Origin: Alphaproteobacteria bacterium
GTDB lineage: Bacteria; Pseudomonadota; Alphaproteobacteria; UBA828
Direction of reading: 5' to 3'
NCBI GenBank assembly: GCA_963422645.2
Contig: CAXXVO010000004.1
Coordinates: 96,001-160,000, forward strand
Length of the DNA stretch: 64,000 nt
The notes beneath the pieces are model-generated. The model had not been told where the DNA came from. It saw only the letters and a program-made list of their open reading frames with translations, and made no database searches. The number at the start of each line of letters is the position of its first letter. Positions within the stretch are counted from its first letter, which is position 1. Of this stretch, positions 30,527 through 40,366 are shown one piece after another. Position numbers and translations under genes: made by a program.

Positions 30527-31503
30527 CTTATGTCATCGCCCGCATTTGCCGCCGCGATCAGAGCACGCATGTCGGCAGGCAGCGGACTCTCGAAGGCAAG
30601 CGCGGCGCCGCTCACGGGGTGGACGAAACTCAAAGCGGCCGCATGCAGCGCCTGGCGCGGGCAAAGCGCAAGCGCCTCTCGCCCCCGCTCGTCGAGGCCC
30701 CGGTGCCTCGCGCCGCCATAGAGCGCATCGCCCACCAGCGGATGGCCTCGATGCGCCATGTGGACTCTGATCTGGTGGGTGCGCCCGGTCTCCAGCCGGC
30801 ACCCGACGAGGCTCCAGAGCGGATCAAGGGGCTTCAGCACGCGATAGTGCGTGATCGCAGCCTTGCCGCCGCTCTCGCGCACCGCCATCCGCTTGCGGTT
30901 TCGGGGGTCGCGGCCGATGGCGCCCTCGATCCGCGCCTCGGCGGGCCGCGGCACCCCCCAGACCACCGCTCGATAGGTCCGGCTCAGCCGCCGTGTCGCG
31001 AACTGCTCGGACAGCCCCCGGTGGGCGGCGTCGTGCTTGGCTGCCACCATGAGGCCGCTCGTGTCCTTGTCGAGGCGGTGAACGATGCCGGGCCGGCGCA
31101 CGCCGCCGATGCCGGAGAGGCTCGCACCGCAATGGGCGAGCAGCGCGTTGACCAGCGTGCGGTCGGGGTTGCCCGGCGCCGGGTGGACAACGAGGCCCGC
31201 GGGCTTGTCCACCACGATCAGGTGCTCGTCCTCGTAGGCCAACTGGAGCGGGATCGCCTGCGCCTGCGGCGTCTCGTCCACCGGCGGCGGGACCACGAGC
31301 GTCACCACCTGGCCCGGTTTGACCCGATATCCGGGCTCCGTTATCGTCCCGCCCGCGATCGAGACCCGGCCGGTCTCGATCAAGTTCTTGAGCCGCGAGC
31401 GCGACAGCGCCGGCACGTGGTCCGCCAGCAGCCGGTCGAGCCGTGCGCGAGCGTCCGCCCGAGCGACGGAGAATCGGTGGCGCGTTTCGGCGACGGTGCT
31501 CAT
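30523..31503 (-). CDS. rluD: RluA-family 23S rRNA pseudouridine synthase; stop codon supplied by the IS66 end
   Basis: S4 domain, DKPAGLVVHP, RPGIVHRLDKDTSG, TGRTHQIRVH; upstream of rpoH. Confidence 0.92.
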   Translation of the reverse strand: MSTVAETRHRFSVARADARARLDRLLADHVPALSRSRLKNLIETGRVSIAGGTITEPGYRVKPGQVVTLVVPPPVDETPQAQAIPLQLAYEDEHLIVVDKPAGLVVHPAPGNPDRTLVNALLAHCGASLSGIGGVRRPGIVHRLDKDTSGLMVAAKHDAAHRGLSEQFATRRLSRTYRAVVWGVPRPAEARIEGAIGRDPRNRKRMAVRESGGKAAITHYRVLKPLDPLWSLVGCRLETGRTHQIRVHMAHRGHPLVGDALYGGARHRGLDERGREALALCPRQALHAAALSFVHPVSGAALAFESPLPADMRALIAAANAGDDIR

Positions 31504-31517
31504 ATCCGGTACGGGCC

Positions 31518-31877
31518 ATGATCACCTATCTCAAGATCATCGTCATTGTTCTCGGGGTGATGATCGCGGCGGGCCTCGTCGTGATCGGGATCAAGCTCGT
31601 CGAGAAGAGCGGCGAGTTGGCCGAGCTCAGCGAGGATGACGGCGAGACGGTGACGAATGACTGGAGCGCCGACGCCCTGCCCGAGGCTGTGCCAATGGCG
31701 ATCCCCACGCCGGGCGATCTGGGGCTGCCGGCAGGCTCGCAGGTGCGGCGCATGACCGCCGCGGGCCATCGGCTCATCCTCGTGGTGGCCGTGCCGGATG
31801 CGGGCGAGCGGATCGTGATCGTCGATCTGCGCAACGGCGGCATGGTCGCCAGCATCGGGCTTGAGGGGACGCCGTGA
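31518..31877 (+). CDS. Small membrane-anchored hypothetical protein
   Basis: N-terminal hydrophobic helix; stop overlaps the next gene's GTG. Confidence 0.7.
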   Translation: MITYLKIIVIVLGVMIAAGLVVIGIKLVEKSGELAELSEDDGETVTNDWSADALPEAVPMAIPTPGDLGLPAGSQVRRMTAAGHRLILVVAVPDAGERIVIVDLRNGGMVASIGLEGTP

Positions 31878-32323
31878 GCGAGCCCCGGCTCCGGCTCTCG
31901 CCGGCGCAGCTGCAGGCCATCGAGCGGGAAGCGGAGGCGGCTTACCCGGAGGAAGCCTGCGGCCTGCTGGTCGGGCGCGCTGAGCCGGGCGGCGCCTGGC
32001 AGGTGAATGCGGTCGAAGCCAGCGCCAATGTGGCGGAGCCGCCACGCACACGGCGCTTCGAGGTCGATCCCAGGCTCCGGCTCAGGCTGGAGCGTGAGCT
32101 TCGGGAGAGCCCGGACTCGATCATGGGCGTCTATCACTCCCACCCCAACGGCCGGGCCGAACCTTCGGAGACGGATACCTCGATGATCTTCGAGCCCGCT
32201 ATGATCTGGCTGATCACCGCCGTCGCGGACGGCCGGGCGGGCGCGACCATGGCCTACAAGCCGACCGAGGACGGCGCGGCCTTCCAGCCGCTCGGGCTCG
32301 ACCTCGGCGGTGAAGACGCGTGA
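31874..32323 (+). CDS. M67/JAB (Mov34) metallopeptidase
   Basis: YPEEACGLLVG, YHSHP...PSETD JAMM motif. Confidence 0.9.
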   Translation: MSEPRLRLSPAQLQAIEREAEAAYPEEACGLLVGRAEPGGAWQVNAVEASANVAEPPRTRRFEVDPRLRLRLERELRESPDSIMGVYHSHPNGRAEPSETDTSMIFEPAMIWLITAVADGRAGATMAYKPTEDGAAFQPLGLDLGGEDA

Positions 32324-32345
32324 GCCGGTAGGAGGCAAGGAGCAG

Positions 32346-33392
32346 ATGGACTTTCGCAGCGACAACGTGGCCTCCGCCGCACCGGAGATCGTCGATGCCG
32401 TGGCCGAAGCGGCGCGCGGCAGCGCCACGCCCTATGGCGGCGACCCCTGGACCGAGGGCCTGGAGCCTGCCTTCTCCGAGCTCTTCGAGACCCCGGTGCG
32501 GGTCTTCCCGGTGGTGACAGGGACCGCGGCGAACTCCGTGGCGGTCGCGACGCTGACCCCGCCCTGGGGCGTGATCTATGCAGGCCGCGCCGCCCATGTA
32601 GAGAATGACGAATGCGGCGCGCCCGAGTTCATGACCGGCGGCGCCAAGGTCACGGGTATCGAGGAGCGCTTCGGCAAGATCCAGCCCCAGGCGCTGGAGG
32701 CCGCGCTCGCCGCCGCAGGCACCGGCGAAGTGCACTGGTCGCAGCCGGCCTGCCTCAGCCTCACCCAGCCGACCGAGATGGGCCAGATCTACACGCCGGA
32801 CGAGCTTGCGGCGCTCACCGACATCGCGCGCCGACACGACCTCGCGGTCCATATGGACGGCGCCCGCTTCGCCAATGCCGTCGCCGCCAGCGGGGAGAGC
32901 CCGGCCGCGCTCACCTGGCGGGCCGGCGTCGATGCGCTCTCCTTCGGCGCGACCAAGAACGGCGCACTCGCGGCCGAGGCCATCGTGCTCTTTGACGCCG
33001 CCAGCGCGGGCGAGCTCGCCTTTCGTCACAAGCGGGCGGGGCAGCTGCTCTCCAAGATGCGTTTCGTCTCGGCCCAGCTCGCGGCCTATATCCAGGACGG
33101 CCTCTGGCTCAGGCTGGCGGACCAGGCGAACAGCCAAGCGCAGCGGCTGGCCCAAGGCCTGGAGGCGGTGCCCGGCGCCTCGCTCGCGGCGCCGGCAGAG
33201 GCCAACGAGCTCTTCGTCACCCTGCCGCGGGCGGTGATCGACGGACTCGCCGAGGCCGGCGTCCTCTTCTACTCCTGGCCGGAGACCGATCCCGCGACCA
33301 CCACGATCCGCCTTGTCACCCGGCACGACACCGATCCGGCCGAGGTCGATCGGCTGGTCGAGACCGCGCGCAAGCTCGCCGCCGCTGCTTAG
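32346..33392 (+). CDS. ltaE: Low-specificity L-threonine aldolase
   Basis: DFRSDN, TGTAAN, HMDGARFAN, SFGATKNG. Confidence 0.9.
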   Translation: MDFRSDNVASAAPEIVDAVAEAARGSATPYGGDPWTEGLEPAFSELFETPVRVFPVVTGTAANSVAVATLTPPWGVIYAGRAAHVENDECGAPEFMTGGAKVTGIEERFGKIQPQALEAALAAAGTGEVHWSQPACLSLTQPTEMGQIYTPDELAALTDIARRHDLAVHMDGARFANAVAASGESPAALTWRAGVDALSFGATKNGALAAEAIVLFDAASAGELAFRHKRAGQLLSKMRFVSAQLAAYIQDGLWLRLADQANSQAQRLAQGLEAVPGASLAAPAEANELFVTLPRAVIDGLAEAGVLFYSWPETDPATTTIRLVTRHDTDPAEVDRLVETARKLAAAA

Positions 33393-33462
33393 CCTGACGG
33401 CGCCTGTCCGGCCCCAGGGGCCCGCTCCAGGTGAGCCAGCACCACTGAAGGAGTTGAGCCGA

Positions 33463-34596
33463 ATGTCCAATCGGGAACTCGTCGTCGGAACCCTGGGAGC
33501 AGGCTTCATCGGCTCGTTCCATTCCTATTCCTTCGCGATGCAGAAGCTCGTGAAGAACCGGCTCCCCGTCACCATACGACTGAAACAGATCGTCGACCTC
33601 GACGACGCCACCCGGAACGAGGTGCAGGACCGCTTCGGCTACGAGGAGACAGGCGACGACTGGCGGGCGCTGTTCGACGGTTCCGGAATCAACGTCTTCG
33701 TCAACGCGGCGCCGAACAACCTCCACTTGGAACCGACGGTGGAGGCGGCGCGTCGGGGTATCCCGGTGCTTTGCGAGAAGCCGCTCGCCCACGACGCCGA
33801 TGCGTCGCACGAGATTTGGCGCGAGGCCGAAGGGGCCGGGATCGTTCACCAGGCTGCATTCATCCACCGCTTCATCCCGGCCATCCGATACATGCGCGAG
33901 CTGATCCAGGGCGGCACGTTGGGAGAGCCGATACACTTCCGCTCCTGCTACCTGATGTCCGACTATCTAAGGCCGGACCTGCCCATGGCCTGGCGTCTCG
34001 ACAAGGGCGTTGCGGGCACCGGAACCTTCGGCGATCTCGGCTCACACCATATCGACACCGCGCGCTACCTCGTGGGCGAGATCGCCGAGGTGATGGCCAT
34101 CGCCAGGGTCAACGTGCCCGAGGTCGCAGGCCACCGGGTCGAGGTGGACGATGCGTTTGCCTCCATCGTCACCTTCGAGAACGGCATGGTCGGCACCATC
34201 CAGGCATCGCGAGTGGCGGCCGGTTACGGCCACCACGGCAGCATCGAGGTGGACTGCACCGGCGGCTCGCTCCGCTACCAGGTCGGCAAGCTGAACGAGC
34301 TGCAGATTGCGGAGGGCCGCGATCAGGGCTTTCGCACCATCCAGGTGATCAAGCCGGAGCACCCTCTGGCCGACTTCTGGTGGGATGGCGGCGTGCAGGG
34401 CAGCCATCCCATCGGCTGGGTCGAGTGTTTCGTGCATCAGGTCCACCACTTCATCGGCGCGGTGATCGGCCGGCACGAGGTATCCCCCCTTGCCGCAACC
34501 TTTCGGGATGGCTACCGCGTCGCGGAAGTCGTGGATCACATGATCGCGTCATGGGAGTCGGGGCAGCGCATTCCGGTGCGCTATCGGGACATCTAG
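33463..34596 (+). CDS. Gfo/Idh/MocA-family oxidoreductase
   Basis: GAGFIG, CEKPLA, DLGSHHID. Confidence 0.9.
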   Translation: MSNRELVVGTLGAGFIGSFHSYSFAMQKLVKNRLPVTIRLKQIVDLDDATRNEVQDRFGYEETGDDWRALFDGSGINVFVNAAPNNLHLEPTVEAARRGIPVLCEKPLAHDADASHEIWREAEGAGIVHQAAFIHRFIPAIRYMRELIQGGTLGEPIHFRSCYLMSDYLRPDLPMAWRLDKGVAGTGTFGDLGSHHIDTARYLVGEIAEVMAIARVNVPEVAGHRVEVDDAFASIVTFENGMVGTIQASRVAAGYGHHGSIEVDCTGGSLRYQVGKLNELQIAEGRDQGFRTIQVIKPEHPLADFWWDGGVQGSHPIGWVECFVHQVHHFIGAVIGRHEVSPLAATFRDGYRVAEVVDHMIASWESGQRIPVRYRDI

Positions 34597-35642
34597 AGCA
34601 TATCCGTTTTAGACGGAACCATATCCGACGTTTCGGATGTAGTTCTTGCATTCTGCGGGCTCGATGGTGGCGATGAGGTGGCCGAGGTGGCGCCAGGTGT
34701 CCTCGAAGTCGCGCCTCTGCGCGTTGCGCATCCAGTGTTTGATCTTGGCGAAGGCCTGCTCGATGGGGTTGAGGTCGGGTGAGTAGGGCGGCAGGAACCA
34801 GAGGCGGGCTCCGGTGCTGCGGATCGCCTGTCTGACCGCCTTGGCCTTGTGGCTGGCGAGATTGTCGAGGATGACGATGTCGCCGGGCTTGAGGGTGGGG
34901 ACGAGCTGCTGCTCGACCCAGGCCAGGAAGCAGCGGGTGTTGATGGGGCCGTCGAAGACGCAAGGGGCGCTGATCCTGTCTGCGCGCAGGGCGGCGAGGA
35001 AGGTCATGGTGCGCCAGTGGCCATGAGGCGCGTAGCCTTTGAGGCGCTGGCCCTTCTTCGCCCAGCCCCTGAGCGGTGCCATGTTGGTCTTGATCCAGGT
35101 CTCGTCCACGAAGATCAGGCGGTCCGGGTCGAGGTGGCGCTTGAGCGCCTGCCAGCGCGTCCGCTTGCGGGCGACTGCGGACCGCGCCTGCTCAGTCGCG
35201 AACAGAGTTTTTTTTGAAGCTCAGACCCTCGCGCCTGAGGAAGCGCCAGATCGTGTCCCGGCTCACCGCGATCCCCGCAGCGGCCAGCAGGTCCCGAAGA
35301 CGGTCGATCGACAGATGCGGCGTCTCAGCGACCAGTCTGTGAACCAGCTCCCGATGCGGTTCCAGGAGCCAGGGGCGGTAACCGCCGATCCTGCCCGGCG
35401 CCACACTCCCCGTCGACCGGTAGCGCGCAACCCACTTCGGCACCGAGGAGACGCTGACACCGAAGCGCGCCGCCACCTGGCGGATCGGCTCGCCCGCCAA
35501 ATGGGCCCGCACCACGCGCTCACGAAGATCACTCGAATAGGGCTGTGTCATCCATGCTGGCCTCCTTCACCAGTAGCCAGCTTGAATCACATTTCCTAAC
35601 TAATGGGAATTCCTAATGATTCTCTCAATCACGGATATGCTC
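34596..35642 (-). mobile_element. IS630-family element
   Basis: IR GAGCATATCCGT / ACGGATATGCTC with TA on both sides (CTAG context). Confidence 0.9.
34609..35551 (-). CDS. IS630 transposase in two frames joined at an A8 run (35208-35215)
   Basis: orf[13 protein letters not shown]; orf[24 protein letters not shown]; orfB is +1 relative to orfA. Confidence 0.88.
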
Positions 35643-35644
35643 TA

Positions 35645-35860
35645 GTTCTCGGCGAAGCGTGTCGACCCGGTCGATCAGCTCCTTGTATGTGCCGCGCGGC
35701 CGGTTGGTCGTCGAAGTCACCAGCTCGCCGAGCTGGTTCTCGATGGCCTTCGGCAGCGCGCGCCCCCGGCGGCCTCCCAGAACAGTGCCGACCTCCGATT
35801 CCAGAGCGCTGTGAAGGCTTGAGCGGGCGCTATCCGGAAGGGCGAGCGCGCTTGAAGTCG
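35645..35860 (-). pseudogene. Internal fragment of a probable coiled-coil/AAA ATPase gene
   Basis: Coding-like peptide SLHSALESEVGTVLGGRRGRALPKAIENQL...RPRGTYK cut at the IS630 end; family call from memory only. Confidence 0.35.
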
Positions 35861-36060
35861 CCCTTAGCAACCGCGCACATTCTGCCACTGCACGGGGCTT
35901 CCCCGTTGAATGACGCGCGATCGAGCCCCGAGAATGGACCCGGCCATTTCGTCGCCGCGAGGCGATGGCCCGGCGCCTCAGTGGAACGTCATCTCAGCGA
36001 GCAGCGCGAGCGCCAACCTATTTTCGACGGAATCTCGGTTCTTCATCCGTGTAAGGGAGT

Positions 36061-36525
36061 ATGAAGAACAGGAGAAAGCGAATGAAGCACATCCATGTAC
36101 TGACGTTGAGCGCGATATGCACTGCGCTTCTCGTGACCGCCGCGCCGGGTTTTGCGGATGACGGCCAAGAAAAGGGTCCGCGCGAACGCGGCAAGAGCCG
36201 GACGGTGGTCTTGCTCGATACCGATGGCGACGGCAAGGTGATCGCCGCCGAGATTGCCGCAGAGCAAGAGCGTCTGCTGGCTGCGGCGGACGTCAACGCG
36301 GACGGCAAGTTGTCGGTGGAGGAATTTCGCCGGCGCGGGCGCTGGTTCCGAGAATTGGGCGCGACCACGCTGTTCGACCTGATGGATGCCGATGGCGATC
36401 AAAGTCTGTCGCTGGCAGAAATCCAGGCACCATCGCAGCGGTGGTTGACGCGATACGACACAAACGGCGATGACGCGATCGAACAGAGCGAGCTCCCGCG
36501 CAGGAAGGGACGCCGGCGCCATTAG
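36061..36525 (+). CDS. Exported EF-hand protein
   Basis: Signal peptide; four loops DTDGDGKVIAAE, DVNADGKLSVEE, DADGDQSLSLAE, DTNGDDAIEQSE. Confidence 0.88.
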   Translation: MKNRRKRMKHIHVLTLSAICTALLVTAAPGFADDGQEKGPRERGKSRTVVLLDTDGDGKVIAAEIAAEQERLLAAADVNADGKLSVEEFRRRGRWFRELGATTLFDLMDADGDQSLSLAEIQAPSQRWLTRYDTNGDDAIEQSELPRRKGRRRH

Positions 36526-36589
36526 CACACGCAGCAGCCGCGCGGGCCGGTCCCTCCATGCGAGAGATGGGGGCCGGCCCGGACTTTCG

Positions 36590-37162
36590 GTGGCGGGCGG
36601 AGGTTTGTCGCAGGCCGGTGACGACACGCTGATCGCGCTCGCGGCGAGCGGCAATCAGGCGGCATGGGCCGCCATCGTGGAGCGGCATCTGTCATCGCTC
36701 GTCGGCTACTCCTGGTACGTGCTGCAAGAGTCGGGCGAGGCTGAGGATGTCGCTCAGGAAGCCTTTGTTCGCTTGCTGGGCAAGGCACCGGATTGGCGTC
36801 CCGGCGAGGCGAGCCTTTCAACGTGGCTCCACCGGGTGGTGACCAATCTCTGCATCGACCGCAAACGATCATTGCGACGCTTTATCAACGATGCGTGCGC
36901 AAGGTTGGAGACTGTCCCGGAACGAGGTTCGCTTGAAGCAGATGTAAGCCGCGCAAAGTCGGTGGAACGCGCCCTCGCCAAACTGAAGCCCCGTCAGCGG
37001 GCCGCGATCGTGCTCGCGCACTACCAGGGCTTCAGCAATCCGGAAATCGCCCAAATCATGGGCAGCAGCGTAGAAGCGGTCGAATCGCTGCTCGCCCGGG
37101 CTCGGCGCTCGCTGCGCGAGACCCTCGGCCCCGTTGTTGCCGAACTCCTGGAGTCGTCATGA
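36590..37162 (+). CDS. ECF sigma factor (start uncertain)
   Basis: AEDVAQEAF, STWLHRVVTNLCID, SNPEIAQIMG...VESLLARARR. Confidence 0.9.
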   Translation: MAGGGLSQAGDDTLIALAASGNQAAWAAIVERHLSSLVGYSWYVLQESGEAEDVAQEAFVRLLGKAPDWRPGEASLSTWLHRVVTNLCIDRKRSLRRFINDACARLETVPERGSLEADVSRAKSVERALAKLKPRQRAAIVLAHYQGFSNPEIAQIMGSSVEAVESLLARARRSLRETLGPVVAELLESS

Positions 37163-37758
37163 CCAAGCCAACTGCAGATGACGGTTCTCGACCGGCCACG
37201 CTTGATCGGCTGGCCGAAGTGCTCGACCGCTACGGCGCCAGCCAAACGCACTGGCCGGCGCAGGACCGCCACGCACTGGAGCCATTGATATTGCGCTCAG
37301 CGCGCGCGCAGGCTCTGGTGCGTGCGGCCGAGACATTGGAAGAGGCACTCGACGCGGTTCGACCGCCCGAGCCCTCCGACGCGCTCATCGGGAGGGTTCT
37401 CGGCACGCACGCACCGCGGGGAGCCGCGAAGCACCGACCGGCTCGTCGGCTGGCGAACTGGATCCTTCAGCTCGGCCCGGCACCCGCTGCCGCTGCATCC
37501 GCACTGGCTGCTGCCGCGGTTACTATTGTTGCGATGTCCTATCTTCAATCCGATGCCGCGCCACCGTCACGACTGGTTCTCGAACCCGAAGCTGCCGTGG
37601 TCGAAATCGACCTCGTGGGCGAGGTCGAACAATCGGTATCGGATGTGGAATCGGACGCGGGAGATGTCGAAGAAATCCAGATCGAATTGACCGAGGTCTT
37701 CATGGTAGCGCTGGAGGTTGAAGGAAGCGACGAGTTGAGCCAGCTGTCTCTCGAGTGA
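37159..37758 (+). CDS. Putative membrane-anchored anti-sigma factor
   Basis: ATGA overlap with the ECF gene; LDRYGA...WP N-terminus; one TM segment; acidic C-terminus. Confidence 0.65.
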   Translation: MTKPTADDGSRPATLDRLAEVLDRYGASQTHWPAQDRHALEPLILRSARAQALVRAAETLEEALDAVRPPEPSDALIGRVLGTHAPRGAAKHRPARRLANWILQLGPAPAAAASALAAAAVTIVAMSYLQSDAAPPSRLVLEPEAAVVEIDLVGEVEQSVSDVESDAGDVEEIQIELTEVFMVALEVEGSDELSQLSLE

Positions 37759-37789
37759 GTGGAAAGACCGCTCGCTACGGCGGCGCCAG

Positions 37790-37910
37790 CACAGCCAGTA
37801 TCTATCGCCACCGGCAGCAACGAAGGGCTCGGTTTCGAAACCTGCCGACAGCTTTGTCAAGCCGGATGTACGGTCATGCTCACCGCACGCGACACCGAGC
37901 GCGGTCACCG
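37790..37910 (+). pseudogene. 5' fragment of an SDR oxidoreductase
   Basis: IATGSNEGLGFETCRQL...VMLTARDTERG only. Confidence 0.6.
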
Positions 37911-37989
37911 TCGCCGAGTAGTCCGAAAGCCGTTGGCGCACCGGGAGTCAGATCATCCGAGCGAGCACTGTCGCGATACCGAGAAAACT

Positions 37990-38200
37990 GAATAAAGCCG
38001 GCCACGTCCGTTACGGTGGTAAGAATGATCGAAGACGATTGAGCGGGATCCTGACGAAGCATCGTCAGCACGATCGGGATCGCCGATCCGGCAATGCCGG
38101 CGACGATCATCGAGAGAACCCGCGAGATCGCGATGGTCAGGGCGAGGCCGTAGGAATCGCTCCACACCAGGACACAGACGGCAGTCGTCAGCGCCTGTCC
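37990..38200 (-). pseudogene. 3' fragment of an MgtE-type Mg2+ transporter
   Basis: DPAQSSSIILTTVTDVAGF membrane-domain motif; remainder absent. Confidence 0.7.
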
Positions 38201-38824
38201 ACGACCAGCACCAGCCGCGCATTTCTGCTGGACTACCCGGTATCGAGCGCTGGCGGTGTTGACGGATCCCGTGCGCGGGTCCCTCGCGTCCGAGCCGAAT
38301 GCGGAGGCGAGCGCCGACAACGGCATTCCGCCCGCACCTGTGGTGGCGGCGGAACTGGGCGATTTCGGGCCGGCCGTCGCGGCGCCCAAGGGTGGGACGC
38401 CAAGCTCCAGAGCCAGATTCGTGCTGCGTGAGTCACCGCAAACACCAAAATGCACATCCTCCACGGCGGGTACCCAGACCCCGCCGAAGAACCTTTTCAA
38501 ATGGTGGGGAGTCCCCCCCGTTCGAACAAACCAGAAATGTGCTATCTCCATGACTACGACGTGCAAACTTGGCCTTGCAATATACCTATCAACTCACCAT
38601 ATACTTAGTTATGGATAATTGGTTCCGATGATATTGAAAATGCATTTTCATGTCTTTGGGTAACTGCCCAGGTACCCCCTCTCTCTTATGGAACAAGCCA
38701 GTTCCTTTTGCGTCAACGCCCCCACGCCGCGGGGGTGCCTACTCTCTTGAGCGCGAGAGGATGATGAACGCCGCGTCGCGAACAAGATGAGAGGACAGCG
38801 ATACTCAGGATGAGCCGGAGAAGT

Positions 38825-40366
38825 TCAGGAGCGCAGTATAGGGATCAGCTGCATCGGTTCCGGGTGCGCCAGGATTTGCAGGATGTTCCAGCCTTGCTTT
38901 CGAGCGGTGACGATGACGCTGCGCATTCCGGCGAAGTTGCAGGCGCCTTGCAGGGAGCGGAAGCCGCCTGAGATCTTCTCATGCACTTTGTTCATACGGA
39001 TGTCACGCTCCGCCTCGTTATTCGTGAACGGCGTGCGCAGGTCGGTGAGGAAGCGCAGGCAGCCCTCCTTATGCTTTTGAAGGCGGCGCGCGAGGTTGTG
39101 GCCGATGCGGCGTTTCTTTCGCCCTCGCTTTGCGATCTGGAGCGGCGGTTGGGCCTCATGGAAGGCGATGGCTTCTTCGAGGATACGGTCCCATGCCCTT
39201 GAGATGCGGGCCACCAGGGAGGCGGGGACTTGACGGTCTTTCTCACGGGCGAAGCGGGCGGCCCTGCGCGCGCGCTGAAGCAGGCGGTGCATGCTCGCCG
39301 CCCATTCCTCCTTCTCGATGTCGATCAGGGCCTGGAGTTCGCGCAGGTGATGTGCGTTGCAGGCGCCGTGGCGGACGCCCTTGATGGTGAAGTAGGGGGC
39401 GAAGTCGTCGTGGACGAGGATGCCTTTCAGGTTCTTTTCGACACCGCGCGCGCTCACCTCGCCGATGCGCAGGACGGTGAGCAACGGGGTGCACAGCACA
39501 TGGAGCCAGCGGGTACGGGCGGCGATACGCAGGCCGGTCTCGTCGAGGTGCTTGACCGGCGCCTGCGTGCGGATCAGATCGGCGACATGGTCGAGGAAGC
39601 CCTCGAAGCGCTGCGCTGTGCGCCGGCCCATGGCGGCGATCGTGGCAGTGGAGATGGACACCGCGAAGATGTCGCTCATGAGTTCGGCCAGACGCTTCTC
39701 GGGCACGAACTGGGCGTACAGCAGGTAACTCACCCAAGCGGTGATGCGAGGGCCGTACTGGACCGGGGCGGTGACGCCCGGCGGGAAGGCGGCTCGTGTC
39801 AGCGTGCCGCATGCGCCGCAGAGGCAGCGATGGGCGCGGTGTTCGGTGACCTCGAGAGGCTGCGGCTCGGGTACGTCGAAGACCTGCCGACAGGCGGGCG
39901 CGCCTTGCCGGTCGGCGTCCGAGAGCTCGACGCCACAGCCGGAACAGGTGGAGGGGTGGTGATCGACGACACGGTCCGGGCTGTCGCTCCGCGCGAGGGT
40001 GGTTCCCTTGTGGCCGGGCTGGCCGCCACTGGGCCCGCCGGACTTTCCGCGCTGGCTTTGGGTGCGCCTCTGGGCTCCGCTTTTCTTCTTGAGCCCGTCG
40101 CTGGCGGGGGGCTTGCTGCTTGTGGTGCTGTTGAGGGCCGCGCTGCGCTCGAGTTCGGCGATGCGCTCGCGCAGGGCCGCGTTCTCCTGCTCGAGTGCGG
40201 CATTTTCCCGGGCGAGCGCGGTGGCTGATCGCAGCAGCCCCTGCCCCCATTCCCGGACGGCAACGACGACAGTGGTTGCGAGGGATGATGGCTCGAGAAG
40301 CTCCTTCAGGCAGCAGAAGGCCTCGTTACGGGCGGCGAGGTCTTCGTGCCAGTGCGACACCGTCAC
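38825..40366 (-). CDS. tnpC: IS66-family transposase
   Basis: SSKPPASD, HLDETG, CNAHHLREL, TNNEAERDIR; GTG start overlaps the methylase TGA. Confidence 0.9.
   Translation of the reverse strand: MTVSHWHEDLAARNEAFCCLKELLEPSSLATTVVVAVREWGQGLLRSATALARENAALEQENAALRERIAELERSAALNSTTSSKPPASDGLKKKSGAQRRTQSQRGKSGGPSGGQPGHKGTTLARSDSPDRVVDHHPSTCSGCGVELSDADRQGAPACRQVFDVPEPQPLEVTEHRAHRCLCGACGTLTRAAFPPGVTAPVQYGPRITAWVSYLLYAQFVPEKRLAELMSDIFAVSISTATIAAMGRRTAQRFEGFLDHVADLIRTQAPVKHLDETGLRIAARTRWLHVLCTPLLTVLRIGEVSARGVEKNLKGILVHDDFAPYFTIKGVRHGACNAHHLRELQALIDIEKEEWAASMHRLLQRARRAARFAREKDRQVPASLVARISRAWDRILEEAIAFHEAQPPLQIAKRGRKKRRIGHNLARRLQKHKEGCLRFLTDLRTPFTNNEAERDIRMNKVHEKISGGFRSLQGACNFAGMRSVIVTARKQGWNILQILAHPEPMQLIPILRS

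Noticed and set aside
36061-36525. Lanmodulin
   Set aside because: EF loops lack the proline at position 2 that characterises lanmodulin
38240-38640. ORF 38256-38618 as a real gene
   Set aside because: No recognisable motif; lies among gene fragments and runs into AT-rich intergenic sequence
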